From Microgenomates group bacterium ADurb.Bin219 (GTDB lineage Bacteria > Patescibacteriota > Microgenomatia > UM-FILTER-40-11): a DNA stretch of 64,000 nt. The DNA lies in the NCBI GenBank assembly GCA_002069945.1, contig MWCH01000001.1, positions 4,252 through 68,251 of the forward strand, in the 5' to 3' direction. Below, piece by piece: positions 26,483 to 34,608 of this stretch. A model generated the notes under the pieces. The model was given only the letters and a program-made list of their open reading frames with translations, did no database searches and was not told where the DNA came from. The stretch's first letter is position 1; each line of letters opens with the position of its first letter. The position numbers were made by a program, and so were the translations under genes.

Positions 26483-27701
26483 TTCCTAATTTAACGGCGT
26501 AGTTGGTTCCCCTGTCCCAGGGATAAATATGGTGCATGGTTGCCAGATAAACGTTGGGAAGCGGGGTTGTGAACGAAGGTAGAATTTTTGAATAGTTGGT
26601 GGGGACAATGGGTTGGGCATAGAGACTGGAATGAAGCGAGAAACGGGAAGCGAGAAGCGGGAATTTAAAGGCAGGATTTATTTTTTTTAAGTAAGGAAGA
26701 AATTCTTGATAGATTTCTTCTTTGGACATTTTAAAATAAGGGTGGTTTTGGGGATAGTAGCCGCCGACATAAAGGAGACGATTGTTGCCGTAATTTTTGG
26801 CGTCAATGAAATTGGTATGTTCCACTACCGCCACAAAAGGAAAACCGGCTTCGTTAATATTGAGCCAGTAGGTATTGTCTTTTAAAAATTGATCTTTTAA
26901 AACCAAAACCAGATTTACCGCCCCGACCATCTTCAAATTATTAAGTCGGCCTTGATATTCCTTCGGCAACTTTGGGGCAATTTTCAAAAAGTTCGGAATC
27001 GGTCCGGTCCAGATTATTTTTTCAAATCCCCGGTTAAAATCGGAGGCCGTAAATTCGCGGTTAAACAGAACTTCCCCGTTATTTTTCTTGATTTCTTTTA
27101 GCAGGGAATCAATTAAGATTTGGAATCCTCCCTCAAAATAGCCGAGCTTAAAACTTCTTTTTTTAATTCTTCCCCAAAACCAGGCCATTGAAACTTGCTC
27201 GGCATCGGTCTGGCCGAATTTTGATTTTAAAAGCGGCTCCCAGATAATTTCGTAAGGTTTTGTTCCGTAATATTTTTTCAGCCATTCGGAAGCGGTAGTT
27301 TTTTCCAAAAGTTTCCAGTTGTTGGTTACTTTCAAATACAAAGTTGCCAGCGCGGTTTGCATTTTTTGGGCGGGAGAAAGCAGGGGCGATTTTAAAACGG
27401 AAAGAGGAGAGTCAAAAGGAGAAATAAAATTATTTGAAAAGATGGAGGTTTTCGGAGAATTAAAAAAAACTTTTTTGGCCAACCCCAATTCTTCGGCCAA
27501 ATCAAGAAGCTCTTTATCTGACGTAAAAAAGTGATGAAAATAAAATTCCAAAGGCCAGTGCCAGGATTTTTCCTTAAAAGAACCGGCCAGACCGCCGGCA
27601 AAATCGTTTTTTTCAAAAATCGTGACCCGGTTTCCTTTTCGGGAAAGCCGGTAGCCGGCAGTTAAACCGGTTAATCCGGCGCCAACAATTGCAATTCGCA
27701 T
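26448..27701 (-). CDS. FAD/NAD(P)-binding oxidoreductase (amine-oxidase / UDP-galactopyranose-mutase-like fold)
   Basis: The N-terminus has the Rossmann motif MRIAIVGAGLTGLTAGYRLSRKGNRVTIFEKNDFAGGLAGS. I cannot assign an exact family without a search. Confidence 0.6.
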   Translation of the reverse strand: MRIAIVGAGLTGLTAGYRLSRKGNRVTIFEKNDFAGGLAGSFKEKSWHWPLEFYFHHFFTSDKELLDLAEELGLAKKVFFNSPKTSIFSNNFISPFDSPLSVLKSPLLSPAQKMQTALATLYLKVTNNWKLLEKTTASEWLKKYYGTKPYEIIWEPLLKSKFGQTDAEQVSMAWFWGRIKKRSFKLGYFEGGFQILIDSLLKEIKKNNGEVLFNREFTASDFNRGFEKIIWTGPIPNFLKIAPKLPKEYQGRLNNLKMVGAVNLVLVLKDQFLKDNTYWLNINEAGFPFVAVVEHTNFIDAKNYGNNRLLYVGGYYPQNHPYFKMSKEEIYQEFLPYLKKINPAFKFPLLASRFSLHSSLYAQPIVPTNYSKILPSFTTPLPNVYLATMHHIYPWDRGTNYAVKLGNDVAYEILKKI

Positions 27702-27730
27702 AGGCTGATTTTAGCAAAGAAAGCCCTCTT

Positions 27731-28519
27731 TTAGAAGATTAAGGCCAGGCCAAAGCTGATTAAAAGCAGACCGATTCCCAGACCGGCGGTAGTCGGAACT
27801 TTCAAGCCGGTTACCGGTTGGGCAACGGTAGTTTCCGGTTCGGTAACGGCGGTAACCGGTTTGGTTGTTGCCGTCGGCTTTAGGGTTGCAGTCGGTTTTG
27901 GCGTTGTTGTTCCGGGGATTGAAGTAGCCGTCGGAACCGGAGTATTGGTCGGCAGACCGGCGCAAGTGCAATCTTCGTCGGTAGAGCAGCTGGAATTGAC
28001 ACATCTTTTTTCGCCGGAAACGGACAAGCATTTTAAGCCGGAAAGGCATTCAACGTCTTCGGTGCATTTGCCCCAGCAAGGATTGCAGGCGCAATCAATT
28101 TCCGTCGGGCAATTGGAATTAAGACATCTCTTGGTTCCGGAATAAGTCAGACAGCGCAAACCGCTGGCGCATTGACCATCACTTGAACATTCGTCAAAAC
28201 AGGCGGTTTTGCTTCCTGGAGTCGGGGTTGCCGTCGGCTTTAAGGTCGCGGTCGGCGTCAATTGGGAGGTTGGTGTTACGGTTGTTGAGACAGGAGTTGT
28301 CGGCGTCGGCGTCGTTACCACGGTAACGGTAAAGGTTAATCTACAGGAATTGTCGACTGCTTTCGGTTTTGACTCCGGCGCTGTCGGCGCTACCGGTTTT
28401 TGGCCGATTTGGTAAAGCTTTAAGGCGGTGGTGACCGTAATTGCTCCCAGAATAACGGTCGCGACAAGGATAATAATTAAAAGCAGATTTTTTTTGTCAA
28501 TTTTAGGCATTGTATTCAT
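27731..28519 (-). CDS. Membrane/secreted cysteine-rich protein with Thr/Pro linkers and a duplicated about 40-aa Cys module
   Basis: Two repeats of C-x2-E-C-x2-D-x2-C-x2-GL-x-CL-x2-SG-x-KRC-x-NS-x-C-x-T-x2-DC-x-C are flanked by TPTPTT linkers. There is an N-terminal transmembrane segment and a C-terminal hydrophobic anchor. The start codon is uncertain (28510, 28519 or 28546). Confidence 0.45.
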   Translation of the reverse strand: MNTMPKIDKKNLLLIIILVATVILGAITVTTALKLYQIGQKPVAPTAPESKPKAVDNSCRLTFTVTVVTTPTPTTPVSTTVTPTSQLTPTATLKPTATPTPGSKTACFDECSSDGQCASGLRCLTYSGTKRCLNSNCPTEIDCACNPCWGKCTEDVECLSGLKCLSVSGEKRCVNSSCSTDEDCTCAGLPTNTPVPTATSIPGTTTPKPTATLKPTATTKPVTAVTEPETTVAQPVTGLKVPTTAGLGIGLLLISFGLALIF

Positions 28520-28527
28520 TTTATTGA

Positions 28528-29760
28528 TTATTCCATCCAGTTGCAATGAGGTGCTTTGTCAACTTCGGCACAGCAAATTTCGGCGGTAACCTGATAACTG
28601 GCCGGATTTTCCGGCACAGAATAATTAATAAAGTAACCGCCTTTATTATCCGGCTTATGCAGATATTCGGCTGTTTCGCACCAGCCGTCAATCAATTGGC
28701 CACTGCTGCAAAGGTTGGGCGGAATCAGATTAGCGCCGTTGCCGGTATGAACCTTAAGTCTGGCTTTCCATTGGTATAAACCAGTTCCGCCGACGGTCAA
28801 TTTGACGGTTTGGCCGGCCGGCAGTTGGCTTAAATTAATTTCATTATTGCTTGAATCGTAGGCGCGGACTGTTGTACAGCCGCAAGCAGAAACAATCGGC
28901 GTTCCGGAAGCCGGCGATTGGGTTGGAAGAGGAGGATTAGTGGGTCCGGACGAGGTGGGTTGGGGCGGCGGATTACTGCCGATACTGCGGCAGGAAGAGC
29001 CTGAAGCACAACCGGGAACATAATCCAAAGCACAGGCATTATCTCCGGTCTCATTAGAACACATATTTTGTCTTGCCAGACATGATTCTGCGGTTGTATC
29101 CCCCGTTTGAGCTCGATTAGTTTGGCACCAAGAACAATTTTCAATATTGGGCCAGGGAATTATGGTGGGTGTTATTGAAGGGTTCAATGTGGGTGAAGGT
29201 TTTAGCCTTTTTTTTAAACACTCATAATAACTGCAAGTACAGGTACTGCCCTCAAAACTACAATTAAAGTAGGTTCGACAGCGGGATATTTCCTCGTAAT
29301 AGTCATCCGATGCTGAACCAGAGCAATATCTGGGGCTATCGCAGTTAATAGTCTGTGCCGGAGCGTTTAATTGACGTCTTTTGGGTAAAATGTTTCTAAC
29401 CAAGGGGATTGAAAGCAAAAAAAGAACGGTAAGTCCCAGGGGGGCAATTACTTTTTTCAAATTACCAGAGCGGGAAGGAGCCTTTTCCGGTTTAAAAACA
29501 AAACCGTTTCCGGGAGCAGACGGATCAACTGTCGGATTTGGTGTTTCGGCAACCGGGATTTCTGTTGTTTGGGCTGCCGGAGGCGGAGGCGGAACGGGCG
29601 GTTCGGTCGGTAAAGGAGAAGGAGATTCTGGCGGCGGCGTTGGTGGCGGAGAGACAGGATTCGGAGGCAAGGGATTATCGTTATTGGGTGGCGGCGGCGG
29701 AACCGGTTGGGAAAGCGGCGGAAGATCGGTTGGCGGGGCAGTCGGATTTACTGGTTCCAT
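28528..29760 (-). CDS. Type-II-like membrane protein with a Pro-rich N-terminal region and an extracellular Cys-rich domain
   Basis: The N-terminus is a PPPP-rich tract of about 100 aa. A single transmembrane segment (IAPLGLTVLFLLSIPLV) follows, then about 280 aa rich in Cys. Confidence 0.45.
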   Translation of the reverse strand: MEPVNPTAPPTDLPPLSQPVPPPPPNNDNPLPPNPVSPPPTPPPESPSPLPTEPPVPPPPPAAQTTEIPVAETPNPTVDPSAPGNGFVFKPEKAPSRSGNLKKVIAPLGLTVLFLLSIPLVRNILPKRRQLNAPAQTINCDSPRYCSGSASDDYYEEISRCRTYFNCSFEGSTCTCSYYECLKKRLKPSPTLNPSITPTIIPWPNIENCSWCQTNRAQTGDTTAESCLARQNMCSNETGDNACALDYVPGCASGSSCRSIGSNPPPQPTSSGPTNPPLPTQSPASGTPIVSACGCTTVRAYDSSNNEINLSQLPAGQTVKLTVGGTGLYQWKARLKVHTGNGANLIPPNLCSSGQLIDGWCETAEYLHKPDNKGGYFINYSVPENPASYQVTAEICCAEVDKAPHCNWME

Positions 29761-31175
29761 ATAAAGAATTTAACGCCCAAAAATAACAGGGCTAATCCCA
29801 TTGTGAAGAAAAGGAAAGTTGTTGTCAAGTTGCCTGTTTGGGGCTGATCCGGTTTTTCCGTCGGCGTGGCGACAATCCGGGTCGGCTGGGCCGAAATGGT
29901 GGTTGTTTGGGCCGGGGAAACCGTAATTGCCGACGGAGTAGCTTCAAAAGAAGGCAGATTGCTTTCACCGGCAGCGTAAACGGTAAAATTGCGGACAACT
30001 TTTTGGCTTACTCCTTCTTTGTCTTTCAAAGTAACAGTGATGGTATGCTCGCCGGGAGGTAGATTGGCCGGCGGGGTCCATTTCCAGTCTCCTTTTTCGT
30101 CAACCAAAACCTGACCGGAATAAGCGGTTTCCGATTCCACTTTAATTTCCAGAATTTCGCCGCCCGGAGCGGTTCCGATAAATTCCGGCTTGGCGGTATT
30201 GATCTTTTCCCCTTCGTCCGGATTAAGGATAGTTAATTTTTGACCGATTGGCGAGGGCGAGGCTTGAGGCAAGGAAGAAAAGCCGCCGTTGTTGGCCGGA
30301 GAGGAAGTAGACGTAACGGTCGGAGTGGGAATTTGGTTGTTGTTAAAAGCGTTTTCCAAATCGGAAGCGGAAGTTCCCGATGGGACAAAAGGAGCCGGAG
30401 TTAGCGTCGGCGTAACCGTATTTCGGAAGTCATAATTTTCCCCCAAGGTAATTGTCGGTGCCGGACTGTCAATTTTGGTGGTTAAAATTGCCGTCGCGTT
30501 ACCGAGATTGCCCCCCTGGACAAAGATTTCCTCAACTTGAATTTCCCGATCGTAGCGGGAGTAACTCGAAAGAGTACTGGTTCTGGCGGTAGATAAGGGA
30601 ATTACCCAGCTGCCGTCGTTTCCGACCAGACTGGAAAGAGGCGTCGTGTTGGCCAGACTAAGATAGACAATTGTTCCCTTGGCCGGATTTCCCTGGCTGT
30701 CAATAACCATTCCGTGAGCCGTATCGGCCGTTGGCAACGGTAAGTTGATAGTGGGAGCGGTGGTTACTTCATAGGGATTGCCGTCGCGGTCAAAATTCAC
30801 TCCTTGTGAATTGATCCGGAAAAAATATAAAGTTGAGGGTTTTAAATTTTCCAAAGTGACATAATGGACGAAGCGGGGTTGTTTGACGGTTAAACCTTTT
30901 TCCTGGTCATCCAAGACAACCCGTTCGTCTCCGGAAGATTCTTTATAGCTGATAAAACCTTGGGTTGCTTCCTGGGTAATCCAAGAAACGGAAAAAGAGC
31001 TATCGGTTAAATTGGTAATTTTTACTTCTCGGGGAGCGATTTCGACAGAGGCCTTTAGGGAAAAAGACTGGCTTTGGCGAATCAAAAAAACTCCCAGGCC
31101 GGTTGCCAAAGTTAAAATCATTATTCCCAAAAGGGTCGGAATTGTTTTCGGCTGTTTATTAACGATTTTCTTCAT
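29748..31175 (-). CDS. Membrane-anchored FN3/purple-acid-phosphatase-N-like domain protein (paralog C), with carboxypeptidase-regulatory-like and Ig-like regions
   Basis: An N-terminal transmembrane segment is followed by PREVKITNLTDSSFSVSWITQEATQG ... VHYVTLENLKPSTLYFFRINS. The C-terminal end reads PQTGN followed by a hydrophobic segment. Confidence 0.55.
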   Translation of the reverse strand: MKKIVNKQPKTIPTLLGIMILTLATGLGVFLIRQSQSFSLKASVEIAPREVKITNLTDSSFSVSWITQEATQGFISYKESSGDERVVLDDQEKGLTVKQPRFVHYVTLENLKPSTLYFFRINSQGVNFDRDGNPYEVTTAPTINLPLPTADTAHGMVIDSQGNPAKGTIVYLSLANTTPLSSLVGNDGSWVIPLSTARTSTLSSYSRYDREIQVEEIFVQGGNLGNATAILTTKIDSPAPTITLGENYDFRNTVTPTLTPAPFVPSGTSASDLENAFNNNQIPTPTVTSTSSPANNGGFSSLPQASPSPIGQKLTILNPDEGEKINTAKPEFIGTAPGGEILEIKVESETAYSGQVLVDEKGDWKWTPPANLPPGEHTITVTLKDKEGVSQKVVRNFTVYAAGESNLPSFEATPSAITVSPAQTTTISAQPTRIVATPTEKPDQPQTGNLTTTFLFFTMGLALLFLGVKFFIWNQ

Positions 31176-31211
31176 AGATTATTTTTTTCATAACCTGTTT
31201 ATTTTTGTTTA

Positions 31212-31541
31212 TTATTGCGGATTGGGATTGGCTTCCGCGGTTGCCGTCGGCGTTGCCGTTTCCATTTCCGGAGACGGGGTAGCCGTTTCGGGTGTTGCCT
31301 CCGCCGCCGGCGACGAAACCGGCTCGTAGGCCTGGATTTCATAATAGTTTTTTGTTTCCAAAGCGTCCAGTACCGAAGTTTCGATTTTCGGAGTTAAAGG
31401 CTCCAGACCCTTCATTATTTTAACCGAATCGGTTTTGTTTAAAGTTTGAAAAACATCAATTACCATCCAAACAGTAACCGTTATCACGGTTAAAATTGAT
31501 AAAATAAAAAAGTCTCTGCTGACGCTTCTTTTTTCTTTCAT
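31212..31541 (-). CDS. Hypothetical small membrane protein with an acidic Thr/Pro/Glu-rich tail
   Basis: The 109-aa product has one transmembrane segment and lies in an operon with the PilN/PilO-like genes. Confidence 0.35.
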   Translation of the reverse strand: MKEKRSVSRDFFILSILTVITVTVWMVIDVFQTLNKTDSVKIMKGLEPLTPKIETSVLDALETKNYYEIQAYEPVSSPAAEATPETATPSPEMETATPTATAEANPNPQ

Positions 31542-31616
31542 GATTTTCTCAAGAGTAAAAGAGTAAAAGCAAAATCTACTCTTGTTCTGCCCCCTGTTTT
31601 CTCTCGCTCTATTATT

Positions 31617-32255
31617 CTATTCTTTCAAATAAAAATTTGATGTGCCGGAAAGAGTAAGAACAATAGTGCTTGTTTCCGTCCGGGTTTTCTTTGTTTGGGT
31701 AAAAGCGATTTTATCAATCGTCACCAGCCGCCGCAAAGAGTCAATTTTACCCAAGTAATTTTTTAAATTTTGGAAATCGCCTTCGGCGGAAAGACTAAAT
31801 TCAAAACCGGGCAGGTCGGCAGTCTTGGCCTTGGCCGTCGTTTTTTTGACAATTTCAATCTTTGTTACGGAAAAAGACCGGATTTTGACTCCGGAAAGCA
31901 GGGCTTCTTTTTCCAGGGGATAGATAAGCGAGGGAAAATCGGGAATATTAGGGAGAGCTTCTTCCAGAAGATAGAACCGGCTTTGATTCAGGGAATATTG
32001 TTCCTGGGCCTGGACCAAAGAAGCCACTTTTTTTTGGATTTTTGCCAAGGAGGCCTCCTTGTCTTTAATTTCCTTGGTCAACCCGGCAACAATAACCAGA
32101 GTCGGTTTAACGGCAAAAAAAGCGAAAAAAGAAATTGTCAGCAACGATAAAGACAGGGTAGTAAAAGAACGAACCGGTTTCTTTTGGGTAAATTCCCTCA
32201 GGCTGACGTAATAGCGGTTATATTGGTGGAAGCGGTCTTTTAAGGTGACGCTCAT
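31617..32255 (-). CDS. PilO-like type IV pilus assembly protein (inner-membrane bitopic)
   Basis: It has an N-terminal transmembrane segment, a coiled-coil (KEIKDKEASLAKIQKKVASLVQAQEQY) and a C-terminal alpha/beta domain. The call rests on architecture and on its position immediately after the PilN-like gene. Confidence 0.45.
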   Translation of the reverse strand: MSVTLKDRFHQYNRYYVSLREFTQKKPVRSFTTLSLSLLTISFFAFFAVKPTLVIVAGLTKEIKDKEASLAKIQKKVASLVQAQEQYSLNQSRFYLLEEALPNIPDFPSLIYPLEKEALLSGVKIRSFSVTKIEIVKKTTAKAKTADLPGFEFSLSAEGDFQNLKNYLGKIDSLRRLVTIDKIAFTQTKKTRTETSTIVLTLSGTSNFYLKE

Positions 32256-32800
32256 AATTTTCTCCAGTCGGCCGAAAGGGTAAAGCTGATAACTTTTTGT
32301 TCTTCTTTTTCGCCGATAGTCAATCCGGAAATATTGACTTTTTCAATTTGTTTGGCCGAAAGGAGGTTTTTCATGAATTGGGAGATACCGCTTTCCGAAA
32401 GGGCGGAGCCCGTAAGGTTAAGTCCGTTTGGAGTTAAAGTAAAAGCGGTTAGAGTTACGTCGGCCGGTAAAATACCGTTGATAAATTCAACCCGATCGTC
32501 GGAATCAAATTTATTGCCCAAAATCAATTTGACCTGGTCGATTTTTTTCTGGAGGCTGAGAAAGGTTTTTTCAAAATCAGCCGTGGCTTCAATAATTGCC
32601 TGGCCTTGTTTAATACTGTCGTGAAGGTTGGCCAGCTTAGTATCAAAATAAAAACGGGAGAAAAAAGCCAGAATAACGATAAAATCGGTAAAAACAACGA
32701 TCCAGCGGCCGACCGTAATTGACCAATGGAGAAATTTTCCCAATGGCGAATTTTCAAAATCGTCTTTTTGAATCAGATTTATCTGATGAGCAGTCGGCAT
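32252..32800 (-). CDS. PilN-like type IV pilus assembly protein
   Basis: With the start at the internal ATG, the N-terminus reads MPTAHQINLIQ, an INLLP-like PilN signature. One transmembrane segment and a periplasmic domain follow. It overlaps the PilO-like gene by 4 nt. Confidence 0.45.
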   Translation of the reverse strand: MPTAHQINLIQKDDFENSPLGKFLHWSITVGRWIVVFTDFIVILAFFSRFYFDTKLANLHDSIKQGQAIIEATADFEKTFLSLQKKIDQVKLILGNKFDSDDRVEFINGILPADVTLTAFTLTPNGLNLTGSALSESGISQFMKNLLSAKQIEKVNISGLTIGEKEEQKVISFTLSADWRKL

Positions 32801-32932
32801 TTTTTTAAATTTATCCTCTGTTTTAGTATATATAAAGGTAGTTGGCCCTGTCAAAGCCGCCAAAGATAATTTTCCCTAATTTATTTTTGCTGGCCCTTTT
32901 TAATTGGGTTTTTTTTCGGTAGAATTAGGCTG

Positions 32933-34597
32933 ATGTTTAAGAATTTGTTTATCCGTGGTGCCCGTTTTCTTTTCCACCGGCAAAGCAGTGTTTTATCGGC
33001 GGCGGTAATCCTGATGATTACCTACGCCGGCTCAATGGTTTTGGGAATTTTAAGGGAAAGAGTTTTGGTTGCCCATTTTTATTCCTGTTGTTCGTCTTCC
33101 TTGGATGCTTATATTGCCGCCTTTCGGCTTCCGGATATGATCTTTCAATTGGTGGTTTTGGGCGCTTTGTCCGCCGCCTTTATTCCGGTTTTCAGCGAGC
33201 AGTTGGTTAAAGACGAAAAATTGGCTTATCGGATTTCTTCCGCCGTGGTGACTATTTTGGTTGTTTTTTACCTTTTCTTGGCCGGAATTATCTTTATCTT
33301 TACGGAAAAATTTTCTCTTTTGATAACCGGCGGTTTTACCCGGGAGCAAATTCATTTAATGAGCGGGTTGACCCGGATTATGCTTTTTGCCCAGGGCTTT
33401 TTTTTAATTTCCGATTTCCTTTCCGCCATTATCCAATCCCACCGCCGCTTTATTATTCCGGCAGTAGCGCCTTTGCTTTATAATCTCGGAATTATCGCCG
33501 GTGTGGTTTTTTTGGCGCCAATAATGGGAATTTGGTCGGCGGCCGTCGGCGTGGTTATCGGCGCTTTTCTTCACCTTTTGGTCCAGGTTCCTTTGGTTTT
33601 CCGTCTTGGTTTTTCTTACCGTTTTTCTTTGGATTATCGTCTGGCGGGAGTTAAGGAAATTTTCCGGTTGATGTTGCCGCGAAGCTTGGGTTTGGCGATT
33701 TACCAGGTTGAAGCAACAGTTGCCGTTTTTTTGGCGACTTCTCTTCCCGCCGGTTCTTTAACCATCTTTTATCTTTCCCAAAAATTAATGGATTTGCCGG
33801 TCAGGCTTTTCGGAACTTCCATCGGCCAGGCGGCCTTGCCCTTGCTTTCGGAGCAAAAAGCCAAAACGGACGAGACTGCCTTTAGGGAAACCTTAATCAG
33901 TTCCTTGGGGGAAATTCTTTATTTGGCCCTGCCGGCAACGGCGGCAATTTTAATTTTAAGAATTCCTTTGGTCAGAATTGCTTTCGGCGCAAAAACTTTT
34001 CCTTGGCAGGCAACCATTTTAACCGGAAGAGTCGTGGCTTTAATTTCCTTGGCGATTTTTTCCCAGTCAATGACTCAGTTATTGGTTCGCGGTTTTTATG
34101 CCCGCCACAATACCAAGACCCCGTTTTTTATTGCCTTGGTTTCCGTAACGGTTAATATTCTTATGGGCACCGGGTTTATTTATATTCTTTCCTGGGGAGT
34201 AACCGGCCTGGCCCTGGCGACTTCGGTTTCCAGTTTTATTCAAGCTTCCTTGCTTTTGGTGTTTTTGGAAAAGCAGATTGGCGGCCTTTTGACCAAAGAA
34301 ACAATGATTGATTGGTTGAAGATGACTTTGGCCGCGATTTTAGGCGGGATTACTTTTTGGGCAACGATGAAGTTTTTGGATTTATTTATTTTGGATACCA
34401 GCAAAACTTTTAATCTTCTTTTCCTGACGGCCGTAACTACTCTTTCCGGATTGGTGGTTTACTTTTTTACCGGCCGGATTTTAAAAATTAAAGAAGGCAA
34501 CCGTTATTTGGAAGTTCTTTCCAAAATCAGAAAGATTAACCGGTTTTTTTCTCCGCCTCCGGAAATTATCGGAAACGGCCAGAATTTGGCTTCCTGA
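32933..34597 (+). CDS. murJ: Lipid II flippase MurJ (MviN)
   Basis: The 554-aa product has about 14 transmembrane helices. Its N-terminal region (SAAVILMITYAGSMVLGILRERVLVAHF ... AAFRLPDMIFQLVVLGALSAAFIPVFS) is characteristic of MurJ. Confidence 0.85.
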   Translation: MFKNLFIRGARFLFHRQSSVLSAAVILMITYAGSMVLGILRERVLVAHFYSCCSSSLDAYIAAFRLPDMIFQLVVLGALSAAFIPVFSEQLVKDEKLAYRISSAVVTILVVFYLFLAGIIFIFTEKFSLLITGGFTREQIHLMSGLTRIMLFAQGFFLISDFLSAIIQSHRRFIIPAVAPLLYNLGIIAGVVFLAPIMGIWSAAVGVVIGAFLHLLVQVPLVFRLGFSYRFSLDYRLAGVKEIFRLMLPRSLGLAIYQVEATVAVFLATSLPAGSLTIFYLSQKLMDLPVRLFGTSIGQAALPLLSEQKAKTDETAFRETLISSLGEILYLALPATAAILILRIPLVRIAFGAKTFPWQATILTGRVVALISLAIFSQSMTQLLVRGFYARHNTKTPFFIALVSVTVNILMGTGFIYILSWGVTGLALATSVSSFIQASLLLVFLEKQIGGLLTKETMIDWLKMTLAAILGGITFWATMKFLDLFILDTSKTFNLLFLTAVTTLSGLVVYFFTGRILKIKEGNRYLEVLSKIRKINRFFSPPPEIIGNGQNLAS

Positions 34598-34608
34598 AGA
34601 AATCTTTG

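Noticed and set aside
29748-31175. PQTGN + hydrophobic C-terminus of FN3 paralog C as a sortase LPXTG sorting signal
   Set aside because: The motif is QPQTG, not LPxTG, and the tail lacks the usual cluster of basic residues. The window contains no sortase gene. It is noted only as a possibility.
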